The position numbers and the translations under genes were made by a program. Shown piece after piece: positions 31,308 to 39,040 of a DNA stretch of 64,000 nucleotides. Position 1 is the stretch's first letter; each line of letters opens with the position of its first letter. This stretch comes from Clostridia bacterium (GTDB lineage Bacteria; Bacillota; Clostridia; Oscillospirales; QAKW01), in NCBI GenBank assembly GCA_017464525.1, contig JAFTZM010000022.1:30562-94561 (forward strand), given 5' to 3'. The notes under the pieces are model-generated. The model was given only the letters and a program-made list of their open reading frames with translations. It was not told where the DNA came from and did no database searches.

Positions 31308-32693
31308 TTATTCTTCTTCGTTTTTGGGCTCTTCTGCTTCCTTACCCAGCAGGGTGGGCAACTCCATGCCGGCCTGCTTAAAGAGGTCATTCAGCGGGGG
31401 AACCGCCCCCAGCAGCCCGGAAAGAAAGTTGGCGGTGGTGCCTTTTCCGTCGGCACCGGTGCCGTTATCCCAAACGGTGATCTTATCGATCTTGATGTTC
31501 TTGATGGCATCCACCTGGATCTCCATCAGCTCCTGCAGCTTATCGGCGATCAGCAACTTCACTGCCGCATCCGCATCGCCGCCAGCGGCCTCCACCAGCG
31601 CACGCATACCTTCGGCCTGCTTTTCCAGGATCTCCTGAGCACCCCGGGCCTGCGCCTCCATCTTGGCGTAGATGGCGTCGGCTTCACCCTTTGCCTTGCG
31701 GCGGATCATTTCGGCCTCGGCCTCGGCTTCCAGCTCGGCCTGCTTCTTCTGGATCTCGGCCTTTACCAGAACGTCGGCTTCCTGCGTGGCTTTTTCCAGG
31801 CGGGCACGGGTCTCTTCTGCTTCCTGCTGGGCCACATAGGCTTCTTGCTTGGCTTTGGCAGCCTGCACAGCCTCGGCGGCGGCAGCGATACGCTCGGCCT
31901 CTGCCTGCTCCTCACGGCGCTTGGCATCGGAACGGGAAACGGCGATCTTGGCGGCGTTTTCACCCTCGATGGCCTCTGCATCGGCGGCGGAAACCTGCAC
32001 ACGCTGGTCACGGCGGGCGTTGGCCTGGCCGATCTCACCGTCACGGTCCTTTTCAGCCACGCTCTTCTTGGCGTCGTTGATGGCCTTGGCGGCGGCTTCC
32101 TTACCCAGCGCTTCGATGTAGCCGGATTCGTCGTTGATATCGGTAACGTTTACGTTGATCAGCCGGAGACCGATCTTTTTCAGCTCGATCTCCACATTGT
32201 TGGAGACCGCAATGAGGAACTTATCACGGTCGGTGTTGATCTCCTCAATGTCCATAGTGGCGATGATCAGACGCAGCTGACCGAAGATGATATCCTTTGC
32301 CAGCTCCTGGATCTCGTTCATCTTCAGCCCCAGCAGACGCTCGGCGGCGTTCTGCATGGTGCCAGGCTCGGTGGAGATGCCCACGGTGAACCGGGAAGGT
32401 ACATCCACACGGATGTTCTGCTTGGAAAGGGCATTTTTCAGATCTACATTAATGGAAATGGGGGTCAGATCCATGTACTGGTAAGATTGGATCACGGGTA
32501 CAATGAAGGCGGCGCCGCCATGGATACACTTGGCGCTGCGGGGCTGACCGTCCTTATCGCTGCCCACCTTACCGTAAATGACCAAAACCTTATCGGAAGG
32601 GCACTTGCGGTACCGGGAAAGAATGGCGATGACCGCCGCGAATAAAACTACTACGATGGCAACAATTCCAAATAAAATTCCTGCTCCGTCCAT
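31308..32693 (-). CDS. floT: flotillin-like SPFH/band 7 protein
   Basis: True start MDGAGILFGIVAIV (RBS AAGGAGGA); SPFH domain; Ala/Glu-rich coiled-coil with EA repeats; C-terminal flotillin tail. Confidence 0.8.
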   Translation of the reverse strand: MDGAGILFGIVAIVVVLFAAVIAILSRYRKCPSDKVLVIYGKVGSDKDGQPRSAKCIHGGAAFIVPVIQSYQYMDLTPISINVDLKNALSKQNIRVDVPSRFTVGISTEPGTMQNAAERLLGLKMNEIQELAKDIIFGQLRLIIATMDIEEINTDRDKFLIAVSNNVEIELKKIGLRLINVNVTDINDESGYIEALGKEAAAKAINDAKKSVAEKDRDGEIGQANARRDQRVQVSAADAEAIEGENAAKIAVSRSDAKRREEQAEAERIAAAAEAVQAAKAKQEAYVAQQEAEETRARLEKATQEADVLVKAEIQKKQAELEAEAEAEMIRRKAKGEADAIYAKMEAQARGAQEILEKQAEGMRALVEAAGGDADAAVKLLIADKLQELMEIQVDAIKNIKIDKITVWDNGTGADGKGTTANFLSGLLGAVPPLNDLFKQAGMELPTLLGKEAEEPKNEEE

Positions 32694-32706
32694 AATAAAA
32701 TCCTCC

Positions 32707-32984
32707 TTAGGGTAGAGCGAAATATTCGAACGCCGTTTTAAAAAGGCGGATTTTCGCTCATTCTTTGTTAAAATACTCGCCAATACGCCAGTATTGGCTG
32801 TGTTTTTGCCTTGACTGAACAAAAATCCGCACTTTTTAAGATCTTTGACCTCACAGCGAGGAGATTTCGAGGGATTTTTGCTCGATTTAGATGCAGCAAG
32901 GCTGGCGCCTTGCAAGGATAAAGCGAGTGAAAGGCACTGAAATATGCCGCTTTGAGGCGGGTTCGGATATCTCGCTCTACCCTA
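32707..32984. repeat. TA-flanked imperfect-palindrome repeat, full copy B (278 bp) inside the nfeD-floT operon
   Basis: Termini TTAGGGTAGAGCGA ... TCTCGCTCTACCCTAA; about 80% identical to the reverse complement of copy C; internal conserved hairpin GCCAATAC-GCC-AGTATTGGC. Confidence 0.75.
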
Positions 32985-33629
32985 ATCTTTTTCTACCACT
33001 AACATCCCGTCCCGGATGTCAATAATACGAACCTGAGTGCCTACCGCCAGCGCTTCCCCGGCGGTGATGGCTTCGTGCTCGGTAAAGGTGCCCTGCAGGG
33101 TGAAGGTCACCTTTCCGTGGCCTGCTCCATCTGCGGGGATGGGCAGGTAAACGGTTGCGGAGGCCCCTAAGGACAGCCGCAGATCCTGAGTGCCGTTTTC
33201 AGCCAGCCGGGCAGAGACCTGCACCAGCTTCGCCAGAAGCAGCATGGCCAGAACCCCTAAGATCCCGCCGATGACCAGCGCTACCCAAAGCTTGCTGCCG
33301 GTGTGCAATGAAACAATGGCGCTCCAGCCGAATACCGTTAAAAAGGCGATCACCGTTTGCAGGGTAAAAAGCCGCATGGTGGTGAAATCCGCCGGATTGC
33401 CACCGTCCAGAAAATCGAAGGGATCATCGGGAATATCCGCCGGCACATCACCGTCGATATCCAGATCCAGGCCGGAAATGTCGCTGCCGTCCACTCCTGC
33501 GCCGCTATCGCCAAATCCCAGCAGCAATAAAACCGTCTGGATCAACAGCACCACAGTGGCGGGTACCGCAATGCAATATAAAACCTTTAACGCTACGCTC
33601 AGCGTTTCCCACCAAGCAAACATGAGCAT
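32982..33629 (-). CDS. nfeD: NfeD-family membrane protein (flotillin-associated, YuaF-like)
   Basis: N-terminal TM segments; acidic linker; C-terminal OB-fold-like region; immediately upstream of the flotillin gene, as yuaF is to floT. Confidence 0.65.
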   Translation of the reverse strand: MLMFAWWETLSVALKVLYCIAVPATVVLLIQTVLLLLGFGDSGAGVDGSDISGLDLDIDGDVPADIPDDPFDFLDGGNPADFTTMRLFTLQTVIAFLTVFGWSAIVSLHTGSKLWVALVIGGILGVLAMLLLAKLVQVSARLAENGTQDLRLSLGASATVYLPIPADGAGHGKVTFTLQGTFTEHEAITAGEALAVGTQVRIIDIRDGMLVVEKD

Positions 33630-33639
33630 CCTCCTTTCG

Positions 33640-33656
33640 TGTAAACTCTATTTACA
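33640..33656. promoter_or_regulatory. operator-like inverted repeat TGTAAA-N5-TTTACA (site 1)
   Basis: Exact 6-bp arms; divergent nfeD/xre intergenic region. Confidence 0.4.
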
Positions 33657-33732
33657 GTTTATCGAAAAATTTCCTATTTGTCAATGATTTTTTAAAAATT
33701 TCCTCTTGATAATTTTTGGATTTTCTGTTATT

Positions 33733-33751
33733 CTGTAAATAAAGTTTACAG
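33733..33751. promoter_or_regulatory. operator-like inverted repeat CTGTAAA-N5-TTTACAG (site 2) overlapping the xre RBS
   Basis: Exact 7-bp arms, 15 nt upstream of the xre ATG. Confidence 0.4.
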
Positions 33752-33765
33752 GAAGAGGTGACATT

Positions 33766-34218
33766 ATGAACGCCGTCAAGATGGGAAAGCGTCTCCGGGA
33801 GGCCCGGCTTGCCAAAAAAATGACACAGGCCGAGGTGGTGGATGGCTTTATCACCCGCAATATGCTCAGCCAGATCGAAAGCGGATCGGCGACCCCTTCT
33901 ATGAAAACCTTGGAGTTTCTGGCAGGGCGGCTGGATCTTTCCATGGCCTCGCTGATGGCCGAGGACGAGCCCCGGGAGCCGATGGAGCGGCTTTTTGCTG
34001 CCAAGATCGCCCTAAAAATGCAGGAGACCGATGAGGTGCTGCGGCTGTTGCAGGATCCCCGGGAAGACGATCCCTTTTATGATGAATATTGCGCCATTCT
34101 GGCCAGAGCCTATGGGCTGAAGGCCGAGGCGGGCAACGACTCCGCCGCCCAGCTGGCCGCCTATTACGGCAGCCTTGGAATTTACCGCCGGGAAGCGGAA
34201 CTGGAAATGGAACTGTAA
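33766..34218 (+). CDS. XRE-family helix-turn-helix transcriptional regulator
   Basis: HTH_XRE motif LREARLAKKMTQAEVVDGFITRNMLSQIESG; helical C-terminal domain. Confidence 0.7.
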   Translation: MNAVKMGKRLREARLAKKMTQAEVVDGFITRNMLSQIESGSATPSMKTLEFLAGRLDLSMASLMAEDEPREPMERLFAAKIALKMQETDEVLRLLQDPREDDPFYDEYCAILARAYGLKAEAGNDSAAQLAAYYGSLGIYRREAELEMEL

Positions 34219-34243
34219 TGCGAGGGCGTAGGGCGCCCTCGGT

Positions 34244-34484
34244 TAGGGATATTCGCCCTGAAAAGAATCCTTTTGGCGCAATACTTCGTTAAAAATGTCA
34301 GAATGCCTGCGCTTTTTGCCTTGTCTTGCATCCAAACTGATCCCATTCAGGGTGCCACATGCAGTTTTGAGACACAAATTTTTTGTTCAGGCGCAATGAC
34401 AAAAATCCCGCAATGCTGACGCATTACGGGATTTTTTCGTTGTGTATGGGAGGAAAAGACGGTTTCAAAACCGATTCTTCCCTA
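34244..34484. repeat. TA-flanked imperfect-palindrome repeat, copy D (241 bp), nested inside a split terminator-like hairpin
   Basis: Termini GGGATATTCG ... CGATTCTTCCC; internal blocks shared with B and C (CTTCGTTAAAAAT, TTTTTGCCTTG, CAAAAATCCCGC). Flanked by GCGAGGGCGTAGGGCGCCCTC and GAGGGTGCCCTACCCTCGC. Confidence 0.65.
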
Positions 34485-34515
34485 TCTGAGGGTGCCCTAC
34501 CCTCGCATTTTATAT

Positions 34516-35562
34516 TTAAAAAATTCTGTAAAGGCTGATGTCGCTATCCAGGGTGCCGGAATAGCCCAAACCGTAAAGGACGTTTTCCGATTCGGTAAAG
34601 GCAAAGATGCCGCTGACCTCTTGGGCAGTACGGTTGATGTAGTCGTAATCGGTTAAAACAGAGGATTGGAACAGAGATCTTCCGTCCTCGAAGGCGATGT
34701 AAACATGGCCGTCCCGGCAGGAGATCTGGGAGATAAAGGCACCGCCCACCTCCATAATGTTGCGAAGGTTGCTCAGATCGGTGCAAACAGCGATGTATTC
34801 GATGCAATCCTCGTCGTAATAATGGAAGGCATAAGTAGCCCGCTCGGCATCATAGGAAAGAGCCAGGATCTCCATATTCTCGGGCAACTCCACCGAATAG
34901 ACCGTCCCGCTGAGGGTGGAGTACCGCCAGAGGTGCTCCTCGCCTTCATCGTAACTGGTATGGATCAGGATGTTCTGGGGCTCGATCACCGTATTGATAT
35001 AAAACTCATGGAAGGAAAAGGGCAGGGTATAGGCCCGCTGCACTGCACTGGTACTGAGATCATAGGAAAAGATGGCGGCAGCGTTTTCGGCGGAATCGTG
35101 GGTGAAAAAGTAGATCTGCCCGTTGCTGAAGCCAATGGAGGGGGAGGACCACCAGTTATCCGGCAATTCTGCCTCGTAAATGGTGCGCACCTCATTTTTT
35201 TGGCGATCGTAAAGGAAGAAGCAGTCCATGCTGATCTCTTGCCCGTCCCGATAATCGGAAATGTATTCGCACCAAACCGCATAATCTCCCTGAGAATTCA
35301 GATCCATAATGTAGTTTTCGCTGGCGTAGATGATGTTCAGTTCTTCCGGATCGGTGCTGGCAGAGATCATGTATGTCTCCATATTATAAAGCTGGGTGTA
35401 CCAGCAGCCGTTGCTGTAGCTGATCAGCTCCGGTGTTTCATCGTGATCCAACTCCGCCAGCTCCTCCGCCGGCTGCTGCCGGTTGTTGGTCACATTCACG
35501 CTGAAGTTGCAGCCGGTGAGCAGCAGTAATAACATCAGTAAAAGTGCAGTGAAACGTTTCAT
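34516..35562 (-). CDS. hypothetical lipoprotein
   Basis: Lipobox LLLTGCN; beta-rich; no recognised domain. Confidence 0.45.
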   Translation of the reverse strand: MKRFTALLLMLLLLLTGCNFSVNVTNNRQQPAEELAELDHDETPELISYSNGCWYTQLYNMETYMISASTDPEELNIIYASENYIMDLNSQGDYAVWCEYISDYRDGQEISMDCFFLYDRQKNEVRTIYEAELPDNWWSSPSIGFSNGQIYFFTHDSAENAAAIFSYDLSTSAVQRAYTLPFSFHEFYINTVIEPQNILIHTSYDEGEEHLWRYSTLSGTVYSVELPENMEILALSYDAERATYAFHYYDEDCIEYIAVCTDLSNLRNIMEVGGAFISQISCRDGHVYIAFEDGRSLFQSSVLTDYDYINRTAQEVSGIFAFTESENVLYGLGYSGTLDSDISLYRIF

Positions 35563-35673
35563 AGAAAAGCTCCTTTCTGAATTCTATTTTAAAGATTGCT
35601 GTAAAAACTGTCAATAAAATTAAAAAAATCTTAAGAAAAAGAGAAGATTTTCGCATGAAAATCTTCTCTTTTT

Positions 35674-36483
35674 TCAATCAATTTTTTCAAAAATAGGGGC
35701 GGCTTTATATTTAGCGGTCAGGTTTTGCCCTTCCACCGAGCGCACCGTCCAGAAAAATACCGGTGCCCCAAAGAGGGCGCGGCAGAGCCGAAAGGAGAGG
35801 TTGCGGTGGGATTCATAGTTATAGGCAATAAAATCCGGCCGGGAAAGAACATTCACCAGCAGATTTTCTAAAGCGAAGCTGATGGCGGAGCTCACTTTAG
35901 AGCCCTCCTTCCGTACATTCCCTGCCAGCTGCCCCCGCACCACATGGGGGGCATTGCGGCGAAACCAGAGGATCTGCCGGGGGTCAAAGGATTCCACACA
36001 ATAGGGGCCGGAATAGCGGGAAAGGGCGTCGTTCAGCGCCTGCCCCAGCTGGTTCCAGTTGCCGCCCACCACCTTGGCCTCCACCAGAAGCGGCACCTTG
36101 CCGTCCACTAGCTTAAAGACCTCCTCTAAAAGGGGCAGCCGCTCCTCGGTGCCCTCCAGCCGCAACTGTTGAAGTGCGGCCCAATCGGTCTTTTCAATAG
36201 TAAGCTCTGCGCCACAGGTGCGCATTAACGTATCGTCGTGCTCCACTACCAGTTTGCCGTCTTTAGAGAGGTGCACATCCAACTCGATCCCGTAGCCCTG
36301 CTCCACCGCCAGCCGAAAGGCGGTCAGGGAGTTTTCCGGCACCCCTTTTTGGATGTTATGCAGCCCCCGGTGGGCATAGCGATGCTTTTTCAGCTGCTCC
36401 AACCCGGCGGGGCGGCGCAGGCGGGGCATGATCATATAAAGCCACACCAACAGCAGCGCAGCAATGATAATCAAAATAACCAT
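35674..36483 (-). CDS. membrane-anchored glycerophosphodiester phosphodiesterase family protein
   Basis: GDPD motifs HRGLHN and ELDVHLSKDGKLVVEHD; ATG 1 nt after the stop of the upstream MFS gene. Confidence 0.8.
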   Translation of the reverse strand: MVILIIIAALLLVWLYMIMPRLRRPAGLEQLKKHRYAHRGLHNIQKGVPENSLTAFRLAVEQGYGIELDVHLSKDGKLVVEHDDTLMRTCGAELTIEKTDWAALQQLRLEGTEERLPLLEEVFKLVDGKVPLLVEAKVVGGNWNQLGQALNDALSRYSGPYCVESFDPRQILWFRRNAPHVVRGQLAGNVRKEGSKVSSAISFALENLLVNVLSRPDFIAYNYESHRNLSFRLCRALFGAPVFFWTVRSVEGQNLTAKYKAAPIFEKID

Positions 36484-36484
36484 A

Positions 36485-37756
36485 TCAATCCTCGGTATCA
36501 AAAATTTCCAAAGCGTCCTTGGGAGCATCGGGGCGGTTATCCCCGTGGCGTACAAAGAGCATGGTGATAAAGGCCAGCACGGAAAACACCAGCGCATAGG
36601 GGAACATCACCTGATAGCCCCAAGGCAGATGCTTGAAGAGGTAGCCGGAAAGGATGGGGGTGAGGATCTGGGCAGACATGGAGAAGGTATAGTAAAGCCC
36701 GGTGTATTTGCCCACATCGCTGCCCTTGCTCATCTCCACCACCATGGGGTAGGAGTTCACATTGATGGCCGCCCAGCCGATGCCGATGACCGCCATAATA
36801 AGGTAGGCCACAATGCTGTAGCCCGGCATCAGCATTCCGGTGCCGAAGGCGATGGCCAGCAGGCAAACACCCCCCAAGATCACCTTTTTCCGCCCCAGCT
36901 TGGCCGAAAGTTGGCCAATGGGCAGGTAGGCGGCGGTGGCCACCAGCATGGCAATGATCATCATGGTGGCGCCGGTGCCCTGCGGAATGTCCCACACATT
37001 TTCCACATACCGGGAATAGGCGGTATTGACCGCATTATAGGCCATAAACCAAAGGGACACGGAAAGCAGCAGGAAGGTAAGGCTCCGCTTGACCTCGCGG
37101 GGCATGGGCTTCTTTTCCCCGGTGGGGGTCTCATCCTTGGGCTCCGGAGGCATCTCTGCCACCAGCTTGTTTTCATGGATGGTAAGCCCCAAAATAATTG
37201 CGCAGGCCACCATAAAGCCCGCAATGATGGCAAATACATAGGGGTAGTTGGTCAGGGACTTTTCTTTTATGAACAGGGCGATGATCAGATAGGTCATAAT
37301 GCCGCCCAGCGCCCCCATCAGATTGATCACCGCATTGCCCTTGCTCCGCAGGGGCTTGGGGGTCACATCCGGCATCAGCGCCACCGCCGGGGAGCGAAAG
37401 GTGCTCATGACCACCAGCAGGACACCCACCACAATGAAAAAGTACAGCAGCCGGCCGGAATTGTTGGCGTGGGGCACCAGCAGCATCACCGCTGCGGCGG
37501 TGCAGGAACCGGCAATAATGAAGGGCTTCCGCTTGCCGAAGCGGGTGTGTACCCGATCGGAAAGGGCACCGAAAAGGGGCAGCAGCACCACCGCCAGCAT
37601 ATTGTCTGCCGCCATGATCCAGCCGCTGATATCATCGGTGACCTGAAACGTCTTCTGGAGCATCAAAGGAATGGCGTTGTCGTAGAGCTGCCAGAAGGCA
37701 GAGATGGCCATGAAGGCCAGCCCGATCAGGAATGTTCTTTTATAATTTAACTTCAT
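36485..37756 (-). CDS. MFS transporter
   Basis: 12 TM, 423 aa. Confidence 0.8.
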   Translation of the reverse strand: MKLNYKRTFLIGLAFMAISAFWQLYDNAIPLMLQKTFQVTDDISGWIMAADNMLAVVLLPLFGALSDRVHTRFGKRKPFIIAGSCTAAAVMLLVPHANNSGRLLYFFIVVGVLLVVMSTFRSPAVALMPDVTPKPLRSKGNAVINLMGALGGIMTYLIIALFIKEKSLTNYPYVFAIIAGFMVACAIILGLTIHENKLVAEMPPEPKDETPTGEKKPMPREVKRSLTFLLLSVSLWFMAYNAVNTAYSRYVENVWDIPQGTGATMMIIAMLVATAAYLPIGQLSAKLGRKKVILGGVCLLAIAFGTGMLMPGYSIVAYLIMAVIGIGWAAINVNSYPMVVEMSKGSDVGKYTGLYYTFSMSAQILTPILSGYLFKHLPWGYQVMFPYALVFSVLAFITMLFVRHGDNRPDAPKDALEIFDTED

Positions 37757-37773
37757 GTGATCTCCTTTTTGTG

Positions 37774-37821
37774 AAAAAAACCGGGATGCAATAATAAATT
37801 GCCTCCCGGTTTTGTTTTTTA
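37774..37821 (-). terminator. terminator after the alcohol dehydrogenase gene
   Basis: CCGGGA-loop-TCCCGG followed by a T-run on the minus strand. Confidence 0.5.
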
Positions 37822-37831
37822 TACCTGATAA

Positions 37832-38980
37832 TTACAGGAGAGATTTATAAAGAGCCTTGATCTCTTCAACGCTGGTATCGCGGGGATTGCCGGGGCGGCA
37901 AGCGTCTGCGTAGGCAGATTCAGCCAGGAAGTCCAGATCCTCTTCCTTTACGATCTCCTTCAGGTCGGCGGGAATGCCCACATCGGCGGAGAGCTTCTTC
38001 ACAGCGTCGATGGCGGCCTTGCGGTACTCTTCCACGCTCATCTTCTCGGTGCCTTCCACGCCCATGGCGGCGGCGATGTACTTATACTTATCGCCGGTGT
38101 TGGGGGCATTGTATTCCATCACGGTGGGCAGGATAATGGCGTTGGCTACGCCGTGGGGAGTGTCGTAAACAGCACCCAGAGGATGGGCCATGCTGTGCAC
38201 GATGCCCAGACCCACATTGGAGAAGCCCATACCGGCCACATACTGACCCAGCGCCATGCCCTCACGGCCCTCGGCGGTGTTATCCACAGCGCCCCGGAGA
38301 GAATTGGCGATGATCTCGATAGCCTTCAGATGGAACATATCGGTCATCTCCCAAGCACCCTTGGTGGTGAAGCCCTCGATGGCATGGGTCAAAGCGTCCA
38401 TACCGGTGGCAGCAGTCAGCCCCTTGGGCATACTGCTCATCATGTCGGGGTCTACGATGGCGATGTCGGGAATATCGTTCACATCCACGCATACAAACTT
38501 ACGGTTCTTCTCCACATCGGTGATGACATAGTTGATGGTCACCTCTGCGGCAGTACCGGCGGTGGTGGGAACAGCGATGGTGAATACGCACTTATTCTTG
38601 GTGGGAGCAACCCCTTCCAGGGAGCGTACATCGGCAAATTCAGGGTTGTTGATGATGATACCGATGGCCTTGGCCGTATCCATAGAGGAGCCGCCGCCGA
38701 TGGTCACGATGCAATCAGCACCGCTCTCCTTATAGGCCTTCACACCGTCCTGCACGTTTTCGATGGTGGGGTTGGGCTTAATGTCGGAGAACAGGGTGTA
38801 GGGAATCTTGGCTTCATCCAGTACAGCCAGCACCTTGCCGGTCACACCGAATTTTACCAGATCACTATCGGAGCACACAAAGGCCTTCTTGAAGCCTTTG
38901 GCATTCAGCAGGCCGCCGATCTCGTTGATGGCGCCTGCGCCGTGGTAAGAAATACCGTTTAATACGATTCTGTTAGCCAT
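37832..38980 (-). CDS. iron-containing alcohol dehydrogenase (lactaldehyde / 1,3-propanediol reductase-like)
   Basis: Fe-ADH motifs GGGSSMDTAK and the His cluster; 382 aa. Confidence 0.85.
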   Translation of the reverse strand: MANRIVLNGISYHGAGAINEIGGLLNAKGFKKAFVCSDSDLVKFGVTGKVLAVLDEAKIPYTLFSDIKPNPTIENVQDGVKAYKESGADCIVTIGGGSSMDTAKAIGIIINNPEFADVRSLEGVAPTKNKCVFTIAVPTTAGTAAEVTINYVITDVEKNRKFVCVDVNDIPDIAIVDPDMMSSMPKGLTAATGMDALTHAIEGFTTKGAWEMTDMFHLKAIEIIANSLRGAVDNTAEGREGMALGQYVAGMGFSNVGLGIVHSMAHPLGAVYDTPHGVANAIILPTVMEYNAPNTGDKYKYIAAAMGVEGTEKMSVEEYRKAAIDAVKKLSADVGIPADLKEIVKEEDLDFLAESAYADACRPGNPRDTSVEEIKALYKSLL

Positions 38981-39040
38981 GGGACTATACCTCCAAAAAA
39001 TTATTTACTGATTATATTGTAAAGGAATAGTCCGTAGATG

